NCBI GenBank assembly: GCA_030681835.1
Contig: JAUXRN010000032.1
Location: 2,487-66,486 of the forward strand
DNA: 64,000 nt
DNA from: Actinomycetota bacterium
Lineage (GTDB): Bacteria; Actinomycetota; Actinomycetes; S36-B12
Direction of reading: 5' to 3'
Program-made: the position numbers and the translations under genes
Shown here: in pieces, positions 38,235 through 46,578 of the stretch
How positions within the stretch are numbered: the first letter of the stretch is position 1
How the letters are laid out: each line of letters opens with the position of its first letter
The notes under the pieces: generated by a model
The model's database searches: none
Told to the model about the DNA's origin: nothing
Seen by the model: the letters and a program-made list of their open reading frames with translations, nothing else

Positions 38235-38594
38235 TCAGGCCAGCGGGACACCGTAGTAGTCGACGCGGGCCATGAGGCCGACTCGAAACGTGAACAGGTC
38301 GTTGAACGCGAAGCGGAAGGGGCCGTGCTCGACGCTGACTCCACGTCCTTCGCCAGTCGTCACGACGACGTTCCCGTCTTCGAGGACCCTGTGGACCTCG
38401 AGTTGGGGGCTTCCGGAGAACGCTGGGTTCTCGATCTCCTCGCCGAACTCGGTCTTGCCGCTCGTGATGCGATGCCCGTGGATCACCCACACGACGTCAT
38501 CCGTGAGAGTGGAGAGGATGCGTGCGTTGTCGCTGACCCGAAAGCCGTCGAAGTACTGCTCGACGAGAACGCGCTGGCGGGTTCGTTCCGACAT
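38235..38594 (-). CDS. SnoaL/NTF2-like fold protein
   Basis: 119 aa with the pattern VEQYFDGF...DDVVW...HG. Confidence 0.7.
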   Translation of the reverse strand: MSERTRQRVLVEQYFDGFRVSDNARILSTLTDDVVWVIHGHRITSGKTEFGEEIENPAFSGSPQLEVHRVLEDGNVVVTTGEGRGVSVEHGPFRFAFNDLFTFRVGLMARVDYYGVPLA

Positions 38595-38647
38595 GCTGAG
38601 CTCCGATCGGGGCGGCAGAACGTCCTGGATGGCTGCGAGTGGTGGCC

Positions 38648-39292
38648 CTAGCGGCTGAAGGTGACGTGGGTGACGCCGCTCGGTGCGGCAACGGCAGTGA
38701 CGCGAGCGTCGTTCTCTAGCCCACGAAGGTCGTCCCAGAGGCGGATCCCCCGCCCGAGGACTATCGGGGCGATCGCGAGGTGCAGATCGTCGACCAGCCC
38801 TGCCTGGAGGAAGTCCCGGACCGTCGACGCGCCGCCCCCGATGCGGACGTCCTGACCCCCCGACGCGGCGGCCGCGTGCGCAAGCGCCTCGGCAGGGGAG
38901 GCGGACAGGAAGTGGAACGTGGTGCCGCCCTTCATCGGGATCGGCTCGCGGGGACTGTGGGTGAGCACGAAGACGGGCACCCCGAATGGCGGCTCGTCGC
39001 CCCACCATCCCGTCCAGTTGGGGTTGTCTGGGAAGGAATGAAACCCGAACATCCCGGCGCCCATGATCTCCGCGCCGATTCCCTCGAAGTACCGAGCCGC
39101 GAACTCGTCATCGACGTCGGTAGTGCCTGCGCCGGTCGTGTCACCAAAGACCCGAGATCTGACGGTGCGCGTGGCGGCATAGGCCTGCGTGAGTCGCAAC
39201 CAGTCCTGGCCGATCGGATCCTCGGGTGTCTGGTCGGTTGTGCTGGCGAACCCGTCGAGGGAGATGTTGAGGTCGACCCTCACTCGCGTCAT
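38648..39292 (-). CDS. dihydrofolate-reductase-family (RibD C-terminal domain) protein
   Basis: DLNISLDGF...FVLTH...GGGASTVRDFLQAGLVDDLHLAIAPIVLGRG. Confidence 0.8.
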   Translation of the reverse strand: MTRVRVDLNISLDGFASTTDQTPEDPIGQDWLRLTQAYAATRTVRSRVFGDTTGAGTTDVDDEFAARYFEGIGAEIMGAGMFGFHSFPDNPNWTGWWGDEPPFGVPVFVLTHSPREPIPMKGGTTFHFLSASPAEALAHAAAASGGQDVRIGGGASTVRDFLQAGLVDDLHLAIAPIVLGRGIRLWDDLRGLENDARVTAVAAPSGVTHVTFSR

Positions 39293-39697
39293 GGCTGCTC
39301 CTGCTTCTGGTGGTGGCGGAATGGTGGCAGCGCCACCACGTCCATCTTGGGCCGGCGACGCGCTCGAGCGCGACGCATCGCCGCCGCACGCAGGGACGGA
39401 GTTGAACGTATCCAAGCCATGTGGCGATGACAAGGCCCTTCCGGGCACTCATGCCGGACACGCCTGGCCTGGAGGCAAACGCGATGGTCGGCACCTGGGA
39501 AGCCCGGGGAATCCGTCGCCAGTGATCGCAAGGCGAGGGACCTGCCCGGTGGGTGGGCCTGCACTCCCCGGATGCTCCGCTCCAGGTGTGCCGGGCCTGC
39601 GTTTGGCGTGGGCACAAGTGGGTATGTGGCCAATCGGGAACGCATCGCGTTCGGACAGGCCCGTACCCGTTCCACGAGAGGACAGAAGGGGAGAGCG

Positions 39698-39862
39698 ATG
39701 ATGCCTGCTACGCCGGAGGGCAACAACCCTCCAGAGCCGATCTTGCCGGACATCCCCGACGTCGGACCATCGCCCGACGTGCCCGTCTCCCCGCCCGACG
39801 TGGGGCCGCCCCCAGATGAGCCTTTCAACGCCACTGGGGGAGTGACAGACGCAAGTCGGTAG
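39698..39862 (+). CDS. small proline-rich hypothetical protein (54 aa)
   Basis: An RBS (GAAGGGGAG) precedes ATGATG. PDV/PPD repeats. GC3 is only moderately high. Weak call. Confidence 0.3.
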   Translation: MMPATPEGNNPPEPILPDIPDVGPSPDVPVSPPDVGPPPDEPFNATGGVTDASR

Positions 39863-39958
39863 TCAGCGTTTGGACACCTGCGCTTCTCGGCGGCTCTGGT
39901 CTGTCAAGCCACTCGGGGCTACCGTTGCCCGTGTCAGTCTGATCAAGAAGGGGTCGCT

Positions 39959-40165
39959 ATGAGCGTTTACCGGGTAGTGGATGTGATCGGGACGAGCTCC
40001 GCGTCGTGGGAGGCCGCAGCTGCGGATGCCATCGCGACAGCCGGGGGAACGCTGCGCGACATCAGGGTCGCCGAAGTCACGAAGCAAGACGTCGTCGTCG
40101 GTGACGAAGGATCGCTGGTCTACCGGACCCGGCTCCAGCTGTCCTTCAAGTACGAGTCGGAGTAG
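39959..40165 (+). CDS. dodecin-family flavin-binding protein
   Basis: MSVYRVVDVIGTSSASWEAAAADAIATAGGTLRDIRVAEV...SFKYE is canonical dodecin. Confidence 0.85.
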   Translation: MSVYRVVDVIGTSSASWEAAAADAIATAGGTLRDIRVAEVTKQDVVVGDEGSLVYRTRLQLSFKYESE

Positions 40166-40231
40166 CCCAGTATCTGGACTCGGCGCGCTGCGGATCATCA
40201 CCACCGCCTGACCCGCAGCAGTTTTCGCACG

Positions 40232-41317
40232 TCAGCTTGGTCGTGCCCGTCGCCGCGAGTACATGTCGTGATCGGCCCGGCGGATTAGTGCGTCGACGTC
40301 GAGGTGCTGGTCGTCAACGATGGCGCTGCCGATACTGACCTCGAGCGGCCAGGTACCCAAGGCGGCTCGGCTGCGTCGGATGCTCTCCCGCACGCGCTGG
40401 GCCAGGGCATCGGGTTCTTGCGGCGATCCGACGCCGAGGACGAGGAACTCGTCCCCGCCCCACCGCCCGAGGATGTCGCCGTGGCGCACGCTCGCCTTGA
40501 GCGCGTCGGCGACCACGGTGATGACCTGGTCGCCGAACCCGTGCCCATGCGTGTCATTGGCCTGCTTCAACCCGATGATGTCGACGAACACGGCGAACAC
40601 GGGCGACTGCTCTCGACCCGCCGAGGCGACGAGGTCCGGAAGGCTTCGCTCCACCCCGTGTCGATTGAGCAGGCGGGTGAGCTGGTCCTCGGACGCCAGG
40701 GCCGCGACGCGGGCTGCCAACTCACCCAGCTCGGCGATGCTGCGCAGCCGCAACCACAGCAGCGTCATCCCGATTGCGACAGCCGCCAGCGACGCGATCA
40801 CCCAGTCGGTGGCCTCGGTCGACGGGAACTGCCGGGAGACGAGGACGCATCCGACAACCATGGGTGCTGCCACCACGACGGCGGGCGTCCAGGCAAGCGT
40901 CAGCGGCGAGTAGGCGACCACGATGAGCAGGACGTAGGCGAACGCGGCCCCGTCGGGGTGCATCCACACCTGGATCTGGCCGGCCGTCACCATGGCCAGG
41001 GCGCACGCGGCTGCTACCCACGGCGTGACGCGCGACGGCACCCAAGACCGGTGGGTGAGCACCGCCCCTGCCCCGAGGAGCAGAGCCACCAGTCCGTTGA
41101 GGAGGATCGTCGTGGCGGACATGGGCGGCCCGAAGAGCGCATTGATGACCGTGATGGAGACGAAGCACACCGCGACGACCGCCAGAGTACGAGGCGTCTC
41201 ACGCGAGGCCACCGACAACCGGAACGCGGTCCTGCCCGCCGCGCTGAGTGTCATCGAATGCCTACCCCGTCTTGCCGGCGGTGCCGCGATCGCTTGATGG
41301 CTAGACGGTAGCGTCAT
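40232..41317 (-). CDS. membrane-anchored diguanylate cyclase (GGDEF)
   Basis: ~5-6 TM N-terminus, then DQLTRLLNRH...GGDEFLVLG. Start is uncertain. Confidence 0.85.
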   Translation of the reverse strand: MTLPSSHQAIAAPPARRGRHSMTLSAAGRTAFRLSVASRETPRTLAVVAVCFVSITVINALFGPPMSATTILLNGLVALLLGAGAVLTHRSWVPSRVTPWVAAACALAMVTAGQIQVWMHPDGAAFAYVLLIVVAYSPLTLAWTPAVVVAAPMVVGCVLVSRQFPSTEATDWVIASLAAVAIGMTLLWLRLRSIAELGELAARVAALASEDQLTRLLNRHGVERSLPDLVASAGREQSPVFAVFVDIIGLKQANDTHGHGFGDQVITVVADALKASVRHGDILGRWGGDEFLVLGVGSPQEPDALAQRVRESIRRSRAALGTWPLEVSIGSAIVDDQHLDVDALIRRADHDMYSRRRARPS

Positions 41318-41388
41318 GACGCGCCACCCGCGTTCCCATGTCCACGCATCCGGGAGACACGGGACGCACGGCTAGGGAGGGAAGCACG

Positions 41389-42609
41389 ATGGCCGGACGA
41401 CGCATGCCGCGGCCGAGCGAGGTGTTGCCGCTGATCGGCCGGCCTGATCGCAGCCGCACCGCCCTCCAGCGTCGGCTCGAGCGCTGCGCCAGCGTATGGG
41501 ACGTGCGGACGATGGCTCGCCGGCGTGCGCCCCGAGCGGTGTTTGACTACGCGGACGGCGCGGCGATGTCCGAGGCCAGCCTGGCCCGCAGCCGCGACGC
41601 GTACCGCCGCGTGGAGTTCACTCCGCGGGTGCTGCGCGACGTCGCGCAGGTCGACCTGCAGGTGGAGATCCTCGGCCAGCGCAGCGCGCTGCCGTTCGTG
41701 TTCGCCCCGACCGGGTTCACGCGCATGATGCACCACTCCGGCGAGCGCGCGGTCGCGGCCGTCGCGGCGGACAAGGGCATCCCTTACGGGCTGTCTACCC
41801 TGGGCACGACCAGCATCGAGGATCTCGCGAATGCCTGCCCGGACGCCCGCCGGTGGTTCCAGCTGTATGTCTCGCGCGACCGCGGATCTGCGGAGGGCCT
41901 CATGCGACGGGCCGACGAGACCGGCTACGACACGCTCATCCTCACGGTCGACACCGCCGTCGGAGGGATCCGCCGCCGAGAGGTCCGCAATGGCCTGACG
42001 ATCCCGCCGCAACTGCGGCTGTCAACCCTGGCCGAGATGGCCCGTCATCCACGGTGGTGGTTCGACGTCCTGACCACCGAACCGCTGACCTTCGCCAGCC
42101 TGTCGTCAAGCGGCGGCACCGTCGGCGACCTCCTGACCCGCGTCTTCGACCCTGGAGTCACCGGAGCGGACATCACCTGGATCCGCGAGAACTGGTCCGG
42201 AAAGGTGATGCTCAAAGGCATCCAGAGCCGGGCCGATGCGGAGCTCGCGGCCGACCTCGGCGTGGATGCCATCGTGCTGTCCAACCACGGTGGCCGCCAG
42301 GTCGACATGGGCAACGTCCCTCTTGAGCTCCTGCCGGAGGTCGTCGCAGCCGTGGGAGACCACGTCGAGGTCTACATCGACGGCGGCATCATGAGCGGCA
42401 CGGACATCGTGGCCGCGCTCGCCTTCGGTGCCCGGGCGGCACTGGTCGGCCGCGCGTATCTCTACGGGCTCATGGCCGGTGGCGAGGAGGGCGTACGCAG
42501 GGTGGCGGAGATCCTCGAGAAGGAGGTGCGCACCACTATGCAACTCATCGGGACGAGGACGGTGGCGGAGGTACGCACGGCAGAGGTCCGGCTCAGAGGT
42601 CGCCCTTGA
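41389..42609 (+). CDS. FMN-dependent alpha-hydroxy-acid oxidase/dehydrogenase (L-lactate dehydrogenase-like)
   Basis: RRAPRAVFDYADGAA...SNHGGRQ...DGGI. Start at MAGRR after GGGAGGGAAG. Confidence 0.85.
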   Translation: MAGRRMPRPSEVLPLIGRPDRSRTALQRRLERCASVWDVRTMARRRAPRAVFDYADGAAMSEASLARSRDAYRRVEFTPRVLRDVAQVDLQVEILGQRSALPFVFAPTGFTRMMHHSGERAVAAVAADKGIPYGLSTLGTTSIEDLANACPDARRWFQLYVSRDRGSAEGLMRRADETGYDTLILTVDTAVGGIRRREVRNGLTIPPQLRLSTLAEMARHPRWWFDVLTTEPLTFASLSSSGGTVGDLLTRVFDPGVTGADITWIRENWSGKVMLKGIQSRADAELAADLGVDAIVLSNHGGRQVDMGNVPLELLPEVVAAVGDHVEVYIDGGIMSGTDIVAALAFGARAALVGRAYLYGLMAGGEEGVRRVAEILEKEVRTTMQLIGTRTVAEVRTAEVRLRGRP

Positions 42610-42657
42610 GCAGGGCACCCGAATGCCGGGGCCGGTGAACATCGCCGGCCCGAGCGT

Positions 42658-44055
42658 TCACCGGGTCACTGACCCGTCTCCCCGCTGGGCGATCAGGTCG
42701 CGCAGGGCGGGCTCGAACGCCTCGCCGTAGGTGGGAAAGGCATGGACGACGTCGACCAGGACGGTGAGAGGGATCTGGGCCCGGATGGCCAAGGCCGCCT
42801 CGGCCAGCCATTCGTCGGCATTCGGGCCGATCGCGGCCGCGCCCACGAGCACTCCGCTCGCACGGTCTGCCGTCAGAACCAGGATTCCCTCCGAGGGGCC
42901 GTCGATCGCCGCTCGACCCGTCTGGTCCAGATCCATCATGGCGGTGAGCAGGCCCTCGTCCGGAGTGCCCGTCCCGGCGCTCCGTCCCACGCTGGCGACA
43001 GGAGGATCGGTGTAGATGGCTCGCGGAATGGCGATGTAGCTGGCCGATCGATCGCATCCGAGGAGGTTGTCGGCGACGATGCGTGCCTGGTAGTTCGCGG
43101 TGTGGGTGAAGGGGGCGACGCCGGTGACATCCCCTGCTGCCCAGACATGCTCGTGGCCCGTGACCCGGCACTGGTCGTCGATGGGGATGGCACCCCCTTT
43201 GTCGACCTCGATGCCGAGGGTATCCAGCCCGAGGTTGTCAGTATCCGGGTACCGCCCCGTGGCCACGATGATGCGCTCCACGTCGACGCTCGTGCCGTCC
43301 GACAGGCTCGCGCGCACCGCTCGGTCTGAGGCCGTGACCTGCACGGCGGTCGTCCCCAGCCTGACGTCGATGCCGTCACTCCTCAGCACCCGGGCCAGCC
43401 GTGCGGCCACCTGAGCCTGCTCGCGGCCAGCCAACTGTGGCCCCGCCTCAATGAGGGTCGTGACAGCTCCGAAGCGGGCGAAGACCTGCGCGAGCTCGCA
43501 GCCGACGGGCCCGCCGCCCAGCACGAGGACTGACGATGGGCGGTGCGAGGCCGAAAGGGCCTCATCGCTCGTCCACGTCGCCACTCCGGTGAGCCCCTCG
43601 ATCTCCGGCCTGGCTGGTTGCGATCCAGTGCTGATCACCAGGTCGGTCCAGCCGAGTTCTCGGTCATCCACGGCCACCACCCCCTGGCGCCGGATGCGGG
43701 CCTTGCCACGAACCAGCTCGACGCCGTGGGACTGAAGCCTGGCTGCGGCGCGGTGGTCGTCACGGTGCTCTGCGATCTCGTCCCGTCGCCGAACTGCTCG
43801 CTGGAAGGCTGCGTCGTCGATGAGGGACGCTGACGCGACGGATGCGGCTCCGAGTGGATGGGAAGCCACGTCGTCGTGGTGCTCCCGGGCGCTTCGAAGC
43901 ATGGCCTTGCTCGGCATGCAGGCGACGTAGGGGCACTCACCGCCGACGCGACTTCCCTCAACGAGCGCGACGGTCCGACCAGCGTCCACGAGGAGCGTCG
44001 AGAGCAACTCCCCGGCCGACCCGCCCCCTACGACAACGACATCGAAGTGCTCCAT
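42658..44055 (-). CDS. FAD-dependent pyridine nucleotide-disulfide oxidoreductase (class I, dihydrolipoamide/mycothione reductase-like)
   Basis: VVVVGGGSAG, redox-active GGECPYVAC, C-terminal HAFPTYGE. Start at MEHFD after GAGGAG. Confidence 0.85.
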   Translation of the reverse strand: MEHFDVVVVGGGSAGELLSTLLVDAGRTVALVEGSRVGGECPYVACMPSKAMLRSAREHHDDVASHPLGAASVASASLIDDAAFQRAVRRRDEIAEHRDDHRAAARLQSHGVELVRGKARIRRQGVVAVDDRELGWTDLVISTGSQPARPEIEGLTGVATWTSDEALSASHRPSSVLVLGGGPVGCELAQVFARFGAVTTLIEAGPQLAGREQAQVAARLARVLRSDGIDVRLGTTAVQVTASDRAVRASLSDGTSVDVERIIVATGRYPDTDNLGLDTLGIEVDKGGAIPIDDQCRVTGHEHVWAAGDVTGVAPFTHTANYQARIVADNLLGCDRSASYIAIPRAIYTDPPVASVGRSAGTGTPDEGLLTAMMDLDQTGRAAIDGPSEGILVLTADRASGVLVGAAAIGPNADEWLAEAALAIRAQIPLTVLVDVVHAFPTYGEAFEPALRDLIAQRGDGSVTR

Positions 44056-44251
44056 CGGCGTCTCCTCGGGCATGGTCTTGCAGTGGCAAGGCTTTGGAGC
44101 GTTCATGCCCGCCTTCGGCGACGGCCGAGTGGACGGCCCCGGCCGCAATGCCGACGCTAGCCCGGTGCGGGGGTTGTTGTCAGTCGGGTGAGACCTCCGG
44201 CACGGGCGGAGTACAGCCAACCGCGCGGTGGCCTGGGCGCTATGTTGAAGC

Positions 44252-44791
44252 ATGGGTACTGCGCATCACGTCGATCGCATCGACCCCCCAGTGGCCGCCG
44301 ACGAGGCCCGGACGCTCCTAGGTTTTCTCGACTACCAGCGTGCGACGCTGCGCTGGAAGTGCATGGGTCTGAGCGCGAGCCAACTCGGCACACCGGTTGC
44401 GCCAACGACCCTCACGCTCGGGGGCCTGCTCAAGCACCTGGCCGTCGTGGAGGCGGGATGGGTGAACCAGACCTTCGCCGGGGGAATCGTCAAGCCGTCG
44501 TGGTTCGACGAACTTGACCATGACGACCCGGATTGGTCCTTCACCTCGGCGGCGGGCGTCTCACCCGAGCAGTTGTTCGCGTGGTTAGACGAGTCCATCG
44601 CGGTGTCAGATCGTGTTATTGCCGATGCGCTGGCAGGCCCTGACGGCCTCGGATCTCTATCCGTAGGGGTCGAGGACGGGCGGCCCATCTCCCTGCGCTG
44701 GATCATCTGTCACTTGATCGAGGAGTATGCCCGCCACAACGGCCACGCCGACCTCCTTCGCGAGGCGATAGACGGGTCTACCGGCGAGTAG
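44252..44791 (+). CDS. DinB/DUF664-family protein (mycothiol-transferase-like fold)
   Basis: LLGFLDYQR...LLKHL...HLIEEYARHNGHADLLRE. Confidence 0.8.
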   Translation: MGTAHHVDRIDPPVAADEARTLLGFLDYQRATLRWKCMGLSASQLGTPVAPTTLTLGGLLKHLAVVEAGWVNQTFAGGIVKPSWFDELDHDDPDWSFTSAAGVSPEQLFAWLDESIAVSDRVIADALAGPDGLGSLSVGVEDGRPISLRWIICHLIEEYARHNGHADLLREAIDGSTGE

Positions 44792-44934
44792 CAGCCGGGC
44801 AGAGCGCGTCGGTACTGCGCACGGCCCACCGGATCCGACGTTGCGCTTCCGACCGCCGTTGGCGTGCCGTTTGAAGAGCATCAGTGCGGGTACATAACGG
44901 CGACCCCGCGGAGGGGCATCGATCGGAGGAAGCC

Positions 44935-45171
44935 ATGAATCTTGTCGGGTTGAATGCGGCACGGTGCGCCGAGGGTCGCCACGCGTGGGTACCGATGGAC
45001 GTTCTGCGTCGTCCCGGTCAGCACCAGGAGCGGTGCCGGGGGTGTGGGGCACACGGGGTGTGGATGTCGGCAGCGGACGCCGTCAGCGGGACCGAGAGGC
45101 AGGCTAGCCACGCGACTTCGTCGCTTCTGGCGACTTCAGGCACGCTGGCGACGGGTCGGCTGGGGAGCTAG
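44935..45171 (+). CDS. small hypothetical protein with C-x5-H...C-x2-C pattern (78 aa)
   Basis: A strong RBS (GGAGGAAGCC) precedes the ATG. Family not recognised and coding quality is moderate. Confidence 0.3.
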   Translation: MNLVGLNAARCAEGRHAWVPMDVLRRPGQHQERCRGCGAHGVWMSAADAVSGTERQASHATSSLLATSGTLATGRLGS

Positions 45172-45324
45172 CCGGCTGCGCCCTGGCGCACCTCGTTCCG
45201 CTCGCTTCCCTGCTCCGCAACGTCGGTGATGCGTTGCTGTCTGAGCTGCGCCGGTGCCGGGTATCTCCCACCCAATCGGGGCTGGCACGCCTGCTGGGGC
45301 CGACCCAGACGAGCGAGGATCACG

Positions 45325-46578
45325 ATGACATCTGATACGCAGTTCCCTGTCTCCGGATACGATCCGCAGGCCTCGGAAGTCCCCACTACATCACAAGGAA
45401 CGCCGCTCGCGTACACGGAGCGCTCCTTGAAGGTCGGTCGACGAGGCCCGACGCTCCTCGCGGATCACCATTTGCGTGAGATGACCACGAATCCTGACTA
45501 CGAGCGCATTCCCGAGCGCGTGGTGCACGTTCGAGGGGCGGGCGCCCATGGAACCTTCGTCGGTAACGGTGCCGCGGCGGCCTTCTGCCGGGCAGGCTTC
45601 CTGGCGAAGGGCGTGGAAACTCGACTGTTCGCGCGCTTCTCCACTGTGGTCGGATCTCGCGGCTGAGCAGACACGGCTCGCGATACCCGTGGGTTCGCGG
45701 TGAAGTTCTATACCGGAGAGGGGACCTTCGACCTCGCGGGGAACAACATCCCGGTGTTCTTCATCCAGGACGGCATCAAGTTCCCTGACCTCATCCATGC
45801 CGCCAAACCCCACCCGGACACGGAGGTCCCGCAAGCGCAATCGGCCCACGACACCTTCTGGGACTTCGTCTCATTGCACACGCAGGCAACCCACCACGTG
45901 CTGTGGGTCATGAGCGACCGCGGGATACCGCGGTCCTATCGGATGATGGAGGGCTTCGGAGTGCGCACCTTCCGCGTCTCCGACGCCGAGGGCAAGACGG
46001 CACTGGTGCCCGATCTCGCAGCCGAGGTTGGAGCGCAGCTCGGGCTCACCCCGCCCTCTGTCGATGAGGCGCCCAAGGGCTTCCTGTCACCGGCACCCAG
46101 CCAGCTGAATCGCGGCGTGTTTCCCGCACAGGGGCGCGTCATCGGGATTGTGGTTGGCAGCACGACCGCCGTCGCGGGCTTCGACGATGCACTGGCAGTG
46201 GCTGCGGAGGCGGGAGTCACCGTGCGGCTGGTCGCTTCGACGGGAGCGCCGGTTGACGTGGACGGCGCCGCGATCGGTCCGGACCGCACCTACGCCGCGA
46301 CACGATCGATCGAGTTCGACGCGGTGGTCATCCTCGCCGCCCCGGAAGCGGAGCTCGATGCGCGCGTCATCACCCTGATCGAGGAGGCATACCGCCACGG
46401 CAAGGCGATGGCTTTCGCAGGAGGCTTCACTGCCATGGACGCCGGGATCGTCGAGGACGAAGGCGCATTGACGACGGAGTCACTCGCTGATGCGGTCGCC
46501 ACGCTGATCGAAGCACTCGGTACCCACCGGGTCTGGTCGCGGCTGGAGATGCTGGGCGCACAGACCCACGCCAGCTAG
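45325..46578 (+). pseudogene. katE: large-subunit (HPII/KatE-type) catalase, inactivated by in-frame TGA and ~300-aa internal deletion
   Basis: The N-terminal part reads ERIPERVVHVRGAGAHGTF...RFSTVVGSRG, then TGA (45664-45666), then continues in the same frame as [16 protein letters not shown]...[16 protein letters not shown]...[16 protein letters not shown]. After ...GKTALV it jumps to the linker and C-terminal DJ-1/flavodoxin-like domain ([10 protein letters not shown]...). Confidence 0.8.

Noticed and set aside
39300-39345. Alternative hairpins upstream of the RibD_C-family gene. On the minus strand, GTGGTGGCG can pair with either GCCACCA or CGCCACCAC, which could suggest an attenuator or riboswitch platform.
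   Set aside because: Neither structure sequesters the RBS or is followed by a U-tract. The pattern is equally explained by a simple CCACCA-type repeat. No recognisable aptamer lies upstream.
39470-39550. A cobalamin-riboswitch-like string: GGGAAGCCCGGGGAATCCGTCGCCAGTG...GCGAGGGACCTGCC, compared with the GGGAAGCCGGTG.GAATCC / GCCACTG / AGCCAGGAGACCTGCC core elements.
   Set aside because: The P4-type helix around GAATCC does not pair (only ~3 bp). The CCCGCAACTGT element is absent and the segment is far too short. The downstream genes (a tiny Pro-rich ORF and dodecin) are not typical B12-regulated genes. In GC-rich DNA such partial matches arise by chance. An Rfam/Infernal scan (RF00174/RF01689) would settle it.
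45664-45666. The in-frame TGA in the catalase gene as selenocysteine or programmed read-through.
   Set aside because: The position corresponds to a conserved Ser in catalases. No SECIS-like hairpin is evident just downstream. The gene also carries a ~300-aa internal deletion and substitutions in conserved motifs, so pseudogenisation is the simpler explanation.
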